The notes under the pieces are model-generated. The model was given only the letters and a program-made list of their open reading frames with translations. It was not told the origin of the DNA and ran no database searches. Position numbers and translations under genes: made by a program. From a virus (taxonomy: Duplodnaviria > Caudoviricetes): DNA of 64,000 nucleotides. Positions 48,751 through 57,182 of this stretch are shown in pieces. The stretch covers positions 1 through 64,000 of the IMG/VR virus record IMGVR_UViG_3300029305_003884; one strand, given 5' to 3'. The number at the start of each line of letters is the position of its first letter. Within the stretch, counting starts at the first letter, position 1.

Positions 48751-50784
48751 CTATTCCGTCATAGGTTCCAAGGAAGTTTTCTCGAACGGGTCGGCAAACA
48801 TCGGGAACCCAGCGGTTTCATAGCCCTTGTACTCGTTTCCAGGACGGGAATCATCCAAAATACCCTTGTTTGTCGGGTCGACAAAGCCTACTGGGCCAAT
48901 GAACACATGGTCAGGGAGCTGGTAGTAGTCATACAGCTTCCACTGAGTGTCTTTAGCTGAATAGACGAAGGTTGCACGGTACATCACCGGCCTGTTAGGT
49001 ACGCCGATATTCTCGTCATACACATAGAAGTTCGTGAGTCTGGCCATGCTGAACTTTGCTAGCGGGTTGAGCGTGCATGTGCCGCTCTTCGCTTCGTCGG
49101 CATCGTCCACCGAGTAGACGTAAATCTGAGCCTTGTTTATGATAAGGTCACTCGTCGACTGTCCGTTGTAGGCTGGGTTCGGCCATATCCTAAAGAAGAA
49201 GTCGAACGTGTATCCATCCTCGGGAGTATTCTCGCCAGTGCCGTCATCTGACTTTCCATGTACAGGAAGGTAGATGCACAGACCCTGGTCGAGGTCAGGT
49301 CCGTCGTAATTGATGTAGTTCACAGTAGTGACATCCTCTGCGGAATGGTCAAACACCATGCTTGCACTGTAAGCCTGTCTCTTCGTAATCGGAACATTCG
49401 GGTCATAAGTACAGACCCTTCCTTCCATCCACACGTCGGCGGTAGAATAAGGGAACATCGTGTAGTTGGCCGTGTCGAATACACCAACCCTACGCATGTA
49501 AGTGCTGTCCTTCATCTTGTACTTGGTGTTTCCCTCGATTCCGATATTGACACTCGGTTCCGCATAGGAATCATCGGCATTCTGCAGTACGATACCCATG
49601 AAGTCATTGTCGGGTTTCATCCTGATGATAGACGATGAGCTAAATACGTTGCTTATTGGGAGAAGGACGATTTCCTTCCACAACTGCTCCTCGCCAGCAT
49701 AATCGGAATATTCATATTCAGTTGAATGAACAGTGTAATCCACATTACTAAATGTAATATCTCCTGAAGGTTCATCCGACGGGTCCTCAGAATAGGTCAA
49801 GGTCCACTTACCTTCTTCTGTGGAAGGAGCCAACTCCAGACCTGTACCAACTGGATAGGAATCTTTGGTGAAATCATCAGGAGCAACGATAGTTCCTGTT
49901 GCCGTGAATGTTTCAGAGTTATAACTCTCAACAGTGAATGTTACGGTCTCGGCAGTTTTCTCTGTCGGAACATCCTTAGCGATAAGGGTTCCCAAGTAAT
50001 CGGCAGGGTCGCTCAGGTTTGTGTTGTCTTCGGCAAGGTTCACAAACATGTGGTATATTCCAGTGTCCTCGTCACCCCTCACGACAAGTTCACCCTTGTT
50101 GTAAGACTGTCCTGCCTCCCATACCTTTCCGACATACAACGCCTTCGACGTACCCAGGTCGCTGAGATAGATTGCCTCGTCGGTCGTGACTGCATATACA
50201 GAACCTTCATTCACGATGAAATGATGCTTCTTCTTGGATGCAGAAGAATTCGAAGAACTGAATTCAATAATCAACGGAGAAACACCTGCGGCCTCAGGGT
50301 CTTCATTCGGAGAATCAACCATGTAAAGGCTGTATCCATCTTCCGATTCTGCATTGCGGTATATGGCATATTTCAGCGGAGCCGCCTCGTCCTTGCTATT
50401 GAGAACAAATGCGTCGATGAACGCTCTCCAACTGGTACCGCCGTTGTTGGCTACGTTAATCCGAATCACGACATCGTCCTTTCCTTCCTCGGTCGCATCC
50501 GTGGATGCAACCATCCCGTACTCGCCATCGAGGTCGAATGCCTTAGGTGCGACTGGGGTAACCAAAGATATGCTAGCCGTCTTGGCCTGAGCCTTCTTCG
50601 TCGGGAACGTCCATGTATGGAAGTACGGAGCGCTGTTCTTCATCAAGCGGACCGTAACATAATCCTTTTCAGAATTATTCCATTCCATCAATGCGTTGAA
50701 AATTGATTCGTAATTGTAGTTATTTCTAGCGATGTCACGACCGATAGATTCAAGTGGAAATGCATTAGAAAAAGTCTGTCCCAT
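48751..50784 (-). CDS. Structural tail/baseplate-associated protein
   Basis: Co-transcribed with tail-fibre-like gene; CBM5/12-like WEAGQSYNKGELV motif. Confidence 0.65.
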   Translation of the reverse strand: MGQTFSNAFPLESIGRDIARNNYNYESIFNALMEWNNSEKDYVTVRLMKNSAPYFHTWTFPTKKAQAKTASISLVTPVAPKAFDLDGEYGMVASTDATEEGKDDVVIRINVANNGGTSWRAFIDAFVLNSKDEAAPLKYAIYRNAESEDGYSLYMVDSPNEDPEAAGVSPLIIEFSSSNSSASKKKHHFIVNEGSVYAVTTDEAIYLSDLGTSKALYVGKVWEAGQSYNKGELVVRGDEDTGIYHMFVNLAEDNTNLSDPADYLGTLIAKDVPTEKTAETVTFTVESYNSETFTATGTIVAPDDFTKDSYPVGTGLELAPSTEEGKWTLTYSEDPSDEPSGDITFSNVDYTVHSTEYEYSDYAGEEQLWKEIVLLPISNVFSSSSIIRMKPDNDFMGIVLQNADDSYAEPSVNIGIEGNTKYKMKDSTYMRRVGVFDTANYTMFPYSTADVWMEGRVCTYDPNVPITKRQAYSASMVFDHSAEDVTTVNYINYDGPDLDQGLCIYLPVHGKSDDGTGENTPEDGYTFDFFFRIWPNPAYNGQSTSDLIINKAQIYVYSVDDADEAKSGTCTLNPLAKFSMARLTNFYVYDENIGVPNRPVMYRATFVYSAKDTQWKLYDYYQLPDHVFIGPVGFVDPTNKGILDDSRPGNEYKGYETAGFPMFADPFEKTSLEPMTE

Positions 50785-50802
50785 AAAAACTCCACAATAT
50801 CA

Positions 50803-53800
50803 TCAATTCGCCCAGAACTGAAGGGTACTATTAGTGAAACTTATACCAGAAACTGGTGTGGCATGAAGAACCACAGATGTTGCATCGGTCATAGTAGCCA
50901 GGTTGAAGTATCCAGGCGTCCACTTAATATCGCCTTGCCCTTCGGTAGCACTAGACGGATACACCGTAAAGAAATCAAGATTATAAATTTGAATCCAGAT
51001 ATCATAATAGGCATCAGTTGTATCGCTAGGCAAGTTGGAAGCTGAGTTACAGAGCACCGCCTTAACTTCTCCGCATGCGGCAAGTGTACGTGTACTAGAA
51101 CCTGTACCAATACCTGTACCAGCAGTATCCGTTTTGTCAGCTGTGCATCTTACATAACGTACAGACTGGTCTAGTCCAACGAAATTGAAGTGAATTTCAC
51201 GCTTTGCACATCCATTCGCACCAGAGGACATAACAATAAATGAACCAGCGGTAAAGCATGATATATTGTTTTCAGGATGTGGCACTCGCACTTGCGCTAC
51301 CTTTACCCATCTAGCTCCACCAGCGTTGTTATTTCCTCGCAACGTACGTTTAACGACGATATCATCCATGAGGGCGAGCTTATCGACCTTCATGATTTCG
51401 TCCCTGGTCTTCTGGCCGTTCGCATACTCGGCTTCCTTGTAACGCATCAATACTGGGTGAATGTGGTCAGTATAGCTAGGACCAGGCAAGAGAAGTTTCA
51501 CCGATTCCGTACTGCACGAAGTATCATATCCAGGAATCTTCGAGTTGTTGCCACCGACAGAAGAGAAAATGTGGGCGGAAGCGGAACCAGCAGAAAATTC
51601 GTCGAGGCCCCAGCAGTGACCCTCACGGGCAGGCAAGATGTACTCGGTACATCCGTAATGAACGTCTGCCAGAGTAGCAATGAGGAAACCACCGTACATC
51701 ACACGGGCGAAGTCGGGCTTCTGTTCGCCGTCTACTCTCGCACATCCACAAATCCAGTCATGGCAATGGCTCTTAGCATTACCAGTCAAAGCAAGCGTTC
51801 CAATGGTCGAGGTCACGGAACTGATATTCAGTCTAGGACCGTCAATGTAAACCTGGCTCTTGGAATCAAGCTTGACCATGTTTACTGAATACAGCGACAA
51901 GGTGTTTGCACTGCTTATAGCAATGTATTCGTTCTCATAATACAGGGCGCCCGCAACATCATTATCCTGCCATACGCCGTAGCTTCCTGCTGGTGCATAC
52001 CTGCTCTGGCAGATATATCCGTCCTCGGTAACTAAACCGTTGGTGATGTTGATGTTCGTCTTCAATTCTCGGATTGCATTTTCACCAATGAGTTCGAGTG
52101 CCGTGTTTCTCGGCATCTTATTGGTATTCACATCTCCGTGTTCGGCAAACCAGCGCTTGTCGTAGAAGTTGATTGCGGCAAGGCAGCTCTTGTCGGCGTC
52201 CTTGGAACGGTTGGTAAACCTACCGAGAACCATCCTTGTATTGGACAGACCGATATGGCTGGTATGATACTGCTGATAATCGCTGGTATCGAGCGTCTTG
52301 TCATGCGGGTCATTGCACGCAACTTCCAGAGAGCCGTCAGTGACTTCGAGATACAGTTCTCTGTGCTTCTTGTCATCAGTAGTGGCAACCCAGTGGGATA
52401 TATCCGTCTGGTTCTGGTCATCCACCATACCCATCATGATATACGCACTCGTTGCTGCATGAATGTAATCACGGGCGACCATGAACGCATTTTGACGATA
52501 TACCTTACTGTGAATATATCCATCGGAATCACTGCCAAAAACACCGACACCGACATACTGGGTCTGAATCTCGTCGCCTTCTGGAATATAACCCGTTCCA
52601 ACGATAAAGTTTGGTTTGACCCTCGGATAGTTAGCGGCACCGACAACCGTCTGGTTAAATCCAGCCGCAATCGTGAGGTAGTTCAATGCAGTAGAGTTTG
52701 CACCGAAGAACCTACGAGTCCTCGTCAGGTTATTGCCAGAATACTCGTAAGTATAGCTGGTATACTGGTTGGAACTGTACTTTGCTACACGTCCACCGTT
52801 TACACCGACTTCACTGAACCTGATATTGTCTTTAAGGATAAGCCTTGTGAATGCACCATGACTCTTGTCAATTCCAGTGATGGAAGTAATCTGGTGACGG
52901 AACTCGATACCGAACCAATTCAGGTAGTTCTTTCCGTTGATGGTCTGGTCATAGATAATGACCTGGTCGCCGACCTTGAAGTCAGACCATGTGACAGGAG
53001 TCAATTCATTCTGGTTATCATAGATATCAAGAATGTTTGTCGGGTTGTACTTGGTAAGAGACTTGGCCGTTTCACCTTCACAGACATTCACGACGACTTC
53101 ACAGTTTTCGTCAATCTTCGTGAGGTCAGGAACCTTGAAAATTAGGCCAGGGAAGCCAACACAGTTGAAACGGTTAGCTGCAAATCCGTGGCTGCCGAGG
53201 ACGACAAGGTCTTCACCACCTGCCGTCATGCCGTTGTTTTCGTGTACCTGGTTATTTAGACCAGCGTAGATACCAGCATACCTCGCCTGTATCATGCCAG
53301 CGTCGGATATTCCATGGGAGAAGTTTCCAAAGACGTATGTAGAAGCACCACCTGCCGTACCGTAAGTACCACGTAGTTTCGTGTTGTATCCGTACACGAG
53401 GCTGTAACTGCGGGATAGTCCAAGGTCTGCAGAATCATCCGTTGCACACCTGTAAGTGTACCTGTCCGTGCCGTTATCTCCGCCGAATACGACGGACGGG
53501 GCGTCCACCTTGAATTCCTGGTCAACATCGAACCACCAGTTGCGTCCACCCGCTACGTGGTCAGTCTCGTCACCAGCAGAACCGAGGATGATGGACATGT
53601 AGTAGCCCATCGGGAGCAAGTATGTCTCGTACTGGGCATACTTGTCAACTTCCATGTTCTCGTCGAATACTGGCGTCCTCAGGTTGATTGGAATCGGGCA
53701 CGAGTTCAGTATGACCGTCTTGTCCACTGCATTGATAATCTGGTCTATCCAATACTGGTTATCCTCTTTCTTGTTATTGGAGTTCAGATACATGATTTTC

Positions 53801-54132
53801 GAGTGGGTCACGACGGCATGAAGCAATTCGTCAGCATCGGCGTCGGCGACAAGGAGCGGATTAGAGTTGGCCGCAGGCATGAACTTCTCACGAACATTGT
53901 CGCAAGCGGTTTCGAAGGTGTCCTTGCCGAATCCGAGGGCGGACCATTCGTTGTAAAGCCTGTACAGGAGATAGATGTCATTCCTGGTCAATTTGAGCTC
54001 GACGGAACTCTTCGTGACGGTATATCCGTTTGATGTGCCATATCTGAGTACGGACCTAATCATAGCGTTCAAAACGCTCCTTGCATTATAGGTCAATACA
54101 TCGATTTCTTTCGTTATTCGTTCAAATGACAT
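50803..54132 (-). CDS. Tail fibre / receptor-binding-like protein
   Basis: 1109 aa, Gly/Asn-rich beta-helix-like stretch, C-terminal WVKVAQ...YYDIWI module; late promoter upstream. Confidence 0.6.
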   Translation of the reverse strand: MSFERITKEIDVLTYNARSVLNAMIRSVLRYGTSNGYTVTKSSVELKLTRNDIYLLYRLYNEWSALGFGKDTFETACDNVREKFMPAANSNPLLVADADADELLHAVVTHSKIMYLNSNNKKEDNQYWIDQIINAVDKTVILNSCPIPINLRTPVFDENMEVDKYAQYETYLLPMGYYMSIILGSAGDETDHVAGGRNWWFDVDQEFKVDAPSVVFGGDNGTDRYTYRCATDDSADLGLSRSYSLVYGYNTKLRGTYGTAGGASTYVFGNFSHGISDAGMIQARYAGIYAGLNNQVHENNGMTAGGEDLVVLGSHGFAANRFNCVGFPGLIFKVPDLTKIDENCEVVVNVCEGETAKSLTKYNPTNILDIYDNQNELTPVTWSDFKVGDQVIIYDQTINGKNYLNWFGIEFRHQITSITGIDKSHGAFTRLILKDNIRFSEVGVNGGRVAKYSSNQYTSYTYEYSGNNLTRTRRFFGANSTALNYLTIAAGFNQTVVGAANYPRVKPNFIVGTGYIPEGDEIQTQYVGVGVFGSDSDGYIHSKVYRQNAFMVARDYIHAATSAYIMMGMVDDQNQTDISHWVATTDDKKHRELYLEVTDGSLEVACNDPHDKTLDTSDYQQYHTSHIGLSNTRMVLGRFTNRSKDADKSCLAAINFYDKRWFAEHGDVNTNKMPRNTALELIGENAIRELKTNINITNGLVTEDGYICQSRYAPAGSYGVWQDNDVAGALYYENEYIAISSANTLSLYSVNMVKLDSKSQVYIDGPRLNISSVTSTIGTLALTGNAKSHCHDWICGCARVDGEQKPDFARVMYGGFLIATLADVHYGCTEYILPAREGHCWGLDEFSAGSASAHIFSSVGGNNSKIPGYDTSCSTESVKLLLPGPSYTDHIHPVLMRYKEAEYANGQKTRDEIMKVDKLALMDDIVVKRTLRGNNNAGGARWVKVAQVRVPHPENNISCFTAGSFIVMSSGANGCAKREIHFNFVGLDQSVRYVRCTADKTDTAGTGIGTGSSTRTLAACGEVKAVLCNSASNLPSDTTDAYYDIWIQIYNLDFFTVYPSSATEGQGDIKWTPGYFNLATMTDATSVVLHATPVSGISFTNSTLQFWAN

Positions 54133-54160
54133 AGTCTAGCCGATGAAATTCAATCAAAAA

Positions 54161-54169
54161 TAGTTTATA
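54161..54169 (-). promoter_or_regulatory. Putative late promoter TATAAACTA
   Basis: About 29 nt before the ATG at 54132; abuts the IS left end. Confidence 0.8.
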
Positions 54170-55626
54170 ATGTTGCGGCGAGAAAACTCGCACATCTTTA
54201 GTGGGTGAGACGAAAAAAACGACTTGACAAAAATTAAAACATTTTGTAACTTATATAAACATATAGGTAGAACAATGGATTACTGGCATTCTCTATTGTC
54301 CTATCGGTTCAAGATTTTGTGGCCTGTTGGGAAATTGAATGCCAGTTTAGTTCCCAACGGGCCATTCTTGTATATGATAAGCAGGGCATACAAAATACGG
54401 TTGTATCCAACGGTAAAGCAGCAGAAGTTCTTTGCAAGAACTTTTGGTACATGCCGTTTCATCTACAACCGTGTGATTGCACTTAAATCCGCCTTGTACG
54501 AAGAAACCCGCATGTCGTTCACGCCAAAGCTTGCGTCATTCAAGGAAGAATGGCCTTGGATGCGGGAAGCCGACAGCCAAGGCATGGCTAACGTCTACAT
54601 GGATGCATTAAATGCATATCAGAAGTTCTTCGATGGTAAGTCTAAGTACCCGAAGTACAAGAAGAAATGCGATAAGCAATCATACCGAAATGCGATGATG
54701 CCTAAGACAATATCTAAGCTCATCCGTGGCACTAGAAATGACCGAATATTCATTCCGAAGGCGGGATTGGTGAAATTCCGTCAGGACTACGACTTCAAGT
54801 CGTTGCCAATCAAGAAGATATGCAGTTTAACCATATCCAAGTCGGCAACGGGGAAGTATTTCTGTTCGATAACCTGCGAAGTGGACGATACTTCGATGAA
54901 ACTGCCGCCGAATAAAAATGAAATCGGGTTTGACTTGGGAATCAAGGATTTCCTCATCGACTCCGATGGTTGCGTAATCGACAACCCGAAATATATGAAA
55001 CGGAGCGAAGTCAAGCTTGACAAGGCACAGCGCAGGCTGTCCCTGTGCAAGAAAGGTTCGAACAACTATCTGAAACAGAAGCATCGTGTCGCTCTGGTAC
55101 ACGAAAAAATAAGAAACCAGAGAATGGATTTCCTGCACAAGGTCAGCAAGATGCTAGTTGTAGAAAACCAATACATCTACTCCGAAGACCTGAAGCCGTC
55201 CAACATGTTGAAGAACCACCGCCTTGCAAAGGCTATCGCAGATGCGTCCTTCGGACGGTTCTGCAATATGGTTGCATACAAGGCCATGTGGTACGGTAGA
55301 TACTACTTCAAGGTAGGGTCATTCTACCCGTCAAGTAAGCTGTGCAATGTCTGTGGTTACAAGAACACCACACTGACGCTCGAAGACAGGGAATGGACCT
55401 GTCCTCACTGTGGTACATACCTTGACCGTGACCATAATGCCGCTATCAACATACTGAATGAAGGAAATCGTATACGTTTAAGTGGAGATACCGTACGGAC
55501 TGCGGAAGCCGATAAATCGACTATGCTCGTTGATACTGGTAAGATTACTTACCTTGAGCGAGAATCCTGTAACGCCACGGATGGACTCGGGGAAACCCAC
55601 CCATCTTTAGTGGGTGGGTAGTTCAT
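54169..55626 (+). mobile_element. IS200/IS605-family (IS1341-type, tnpB-only) element
   Basis: Related subterminal hairpins sharing CATCTTTAGTGGGTG at about 54188-54209 and 55595-55619; left flank TTTAT, right end TTCAT; no tnpA. Confidence 0.88.
54374..55621 (+). CDS. tnpB: TnpB RNA-guided endonuclease
   Basis: RAYKIRLYPT HTH, RuvC D (GFDLG), E (SEDL), D (DRDHNAAIN), CxxC zinc finger. Confidence 0.95.
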   Translation: MISRAYKIRLYPTVKQQKFFARTFGTCRFIYNRVIALKSALYEETRMSFTPKLASFKEEWPWMREADSQGMANVYMDALNAYQKFFDGKSKYPKYKKKCDKQSYRNAMMPKTISKLIRGTRNDRIFIPKAGLVKFRQDYDFKSLPIKKICSLTISKSATGKYFCSITCEVDDTSMKLPPNKNEIGFDLGIKDFLIDSDGCVIDNPKYMKRSEVKLDKAQRRLSLCKKGSNNYLKQKHRVALVHEKIRNQRMDFLHKVSKMLVVENQYIYSEDLKPSNMLKNHRLAKAIADASFGRFCNMVAYKAMWYGRYYFKVGSFYPSSKLCNVCGYKNTTLTLEDREWTCPHCGTYLDRDHNAAINILNEGNRIRLSGDTVRTAEADKSTMLVDTGKITYLERESCNATDGLGETHPSLVGG

Positions 55627-55646
55627 AATCATGCCAAAAAAGCATA
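55470..55646 (+). ncRNA. Predicted omegaRNA (reRNA) overlapping tnpB 3' end, with guide AATCATGCCAAAAAAGCATA
   Basis: Established TnpB architecture; right-end hairpin plus flank. The 5' boundary is approximate. Confidence 0.6.
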
Positions 55647-55654
55647 TTCGATAG

Positions 55655-56914
55655 TTAATGTTCCAACTCATTCAAGTCAACGACTTTCTTGGCATACTTT
55701 TCGGGAGGGTCCTTGTCGGGATTAGTCTTCACCCACAGTATCTTCCTAACCCTGTATCTTTTAGCCAGTTTGAGCTCGGGATAGAAATCCATGTCGCTAA
55801 CGATGATTATGCCGTTGTACCTAGTTTTGCAGGTGTCCAGCATACGGAAAACACAGTTGCAGTCCGTGCCGCCGCCCGTCGCAATGGAGAATTGCTTCTT
55901 CTTTCTCATCATCGGAGTCAGATGGACTGGTTTCGTACACTGGGTATTCCACCAGCAATAGTCGATATCCACGTCCTTTCCGACGGCCAAAATCAGGGAA
56001 ATTATTCTGGAAACGGCACTTGTCGGCATAGAACGGCTAACATCGCCAGCAACCAGTAGCCTAGACCTGTACTCTGCGACATGGCCTGGGTACGCAAGGT
56101 CGAACCTGCGGTTCCTCTTGAAACGGCATTCCCTCCACCCGCACTCGATTGATTGGGTGACGAACTTCCTGATTATGGTACGTCCATCGACAGCCTTTTC
56201 AGCCTTCGACAGCATGCTCATGACACCGTTTGCCGTCGCCGTGCCCCAGCTTCCACCGCCATTAACAGCGGCCTGTTCAACCGCCTCGGTAACGCTACCG
56301 TCAGCATTCCACTCATCGGCCCTAGTCTCGTCGTTCAAGTATGTTGACATGCCGCCAGACGGGTTCTTTTCGCTGGAATCATCCTGCTGTTCCCCATCGT
56401 TGTTCTTACCACCGTTCTTGCCCTCGGTGAGCAGCTTATAGAGGATTTCGATACTTGCGTTACGGTAGTCGTACTCCTTGTAGAACTTGCTGTAATACAG
56501 AGAGTTGATGTTGGTTTCCAGGCGGGAAACCTTCGCCAGAACCTTACCGTAGGCGGCATTATTTACACCGATGTCGGAAGAAAGGCCCATCCTGAGGGCA
56601 ATAAGGTCGGATGCCATGAGGGACATCTTCTTGTCGCTGTAAAGACGGGTAGATACATGGCCTAATCCGATTCGGACAGCCTCGATGTAGAAAATCAGTG
56701 CAAGTTCTTGCGGTTCAAGAGTGGCCACGAAGTCACTGTTCATCTTGACATAGAGCTTTCCATTCTCGATGCCGCTGGCCACGCTGGTTACATCGTCAAA
56801 TACAAACTCAGCAAACCCGAGAACGGTATGCGTAATCGGGGCGTACTTAAACAAGAGATACTTGGCGAGCCTTGTAACGTCTTCGGGTTTTCTGTTTGTG
56901 TTTGTGTCGCTCAT
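55655..56914 (-). CDS. VWA-like / DUF2201-type protein (MoxR partner)
   Basis: MIDAS-like DVSRSM, GGGTD, IIVSD; N-terminal metallopeptidase-like domain. Confidence 0.8.
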   Translation of the reverse strand: MSDTNTNRKPEDVTRLAKYLLFKYAPITHTVLGFAEFVFDDVTSVASGIENGKLYVKMNSDFVATLEPQELALIFYIEAVRIGLGHVSTRLYSDKKMSLMASDLIALRMGLSSDIGVNNAAYGKVLAKVSRLETNINSLYYSKFYKEYDYRNASIEILYKLLTEGKNGGKNNDGEQQDDSSEKNPSGGMSTYLNDETRADEWNADGSVTEAVEQAAVNGGGSWGTATANGVMSMLSKAEKAVDGRTIIRKFVTQSIECGWRECRFKRNRRFDLAYPGHVAEYRSRLLVAGDVSRSMPTSAVSRIISLILAVGKDVDIDYCWWNTQCTKPVHLTPMMRKKKQFSIATGGGTDCNCVFRMLDTCKTRYNGIIIVSDMDFYPELKLAKRYRVRKILWVKTNPDKDPPEKYAKKVVDLNELEH

Positions 56915-57179
56915 ACTTTTCTTTTTCCTGGGTCTTCATAAAAATATATTGTTTTGAGCTTAGTCTGGAAAAATAATAAGTAGTGCAGATTCCCATGCGT
57001 AGCATGAGAAGGTGACAAATGTGATGTTCTTTGAGTTTGAGCTCCACTTGGTTGCTCTTTTTGTTGCTACCGCCACAGGATAGGGGCATTATGTGGTGAT
57101 TTTCGCATAGTTCCCCTATTACATATTCTCTTTTTTGTGCCTTCCTTATTATACTGAAATAGATGGCAGAATAATTCAA
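56847..57179 (-). CDS. HNH endonuclease (short)
   Basis: MNY..IY..II, ENHHIMPLSCGGSN..SN.V.L...EH..CH. Confidence 0.85.
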   Translation of the reverse strand: MNYSAIYFSIIRKAQKREYVIGELCENHHIMPLSCGGSNKKSNQVELKLKEHHICHLLMLRMGICTTYYFSRLSSKQYIFMKTQEKEKYERHKHKQKTRRRYKARQVSLV

Positions 57180-57182
57180 GCA

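Noticed and set aside
54224-54373. 50-aa N-terminal extension of TnpB from the ORF track
   Set aside because: The TTG 'start' is the -35 box and the region is a structured leader; family similarity begins at ATG 54374.
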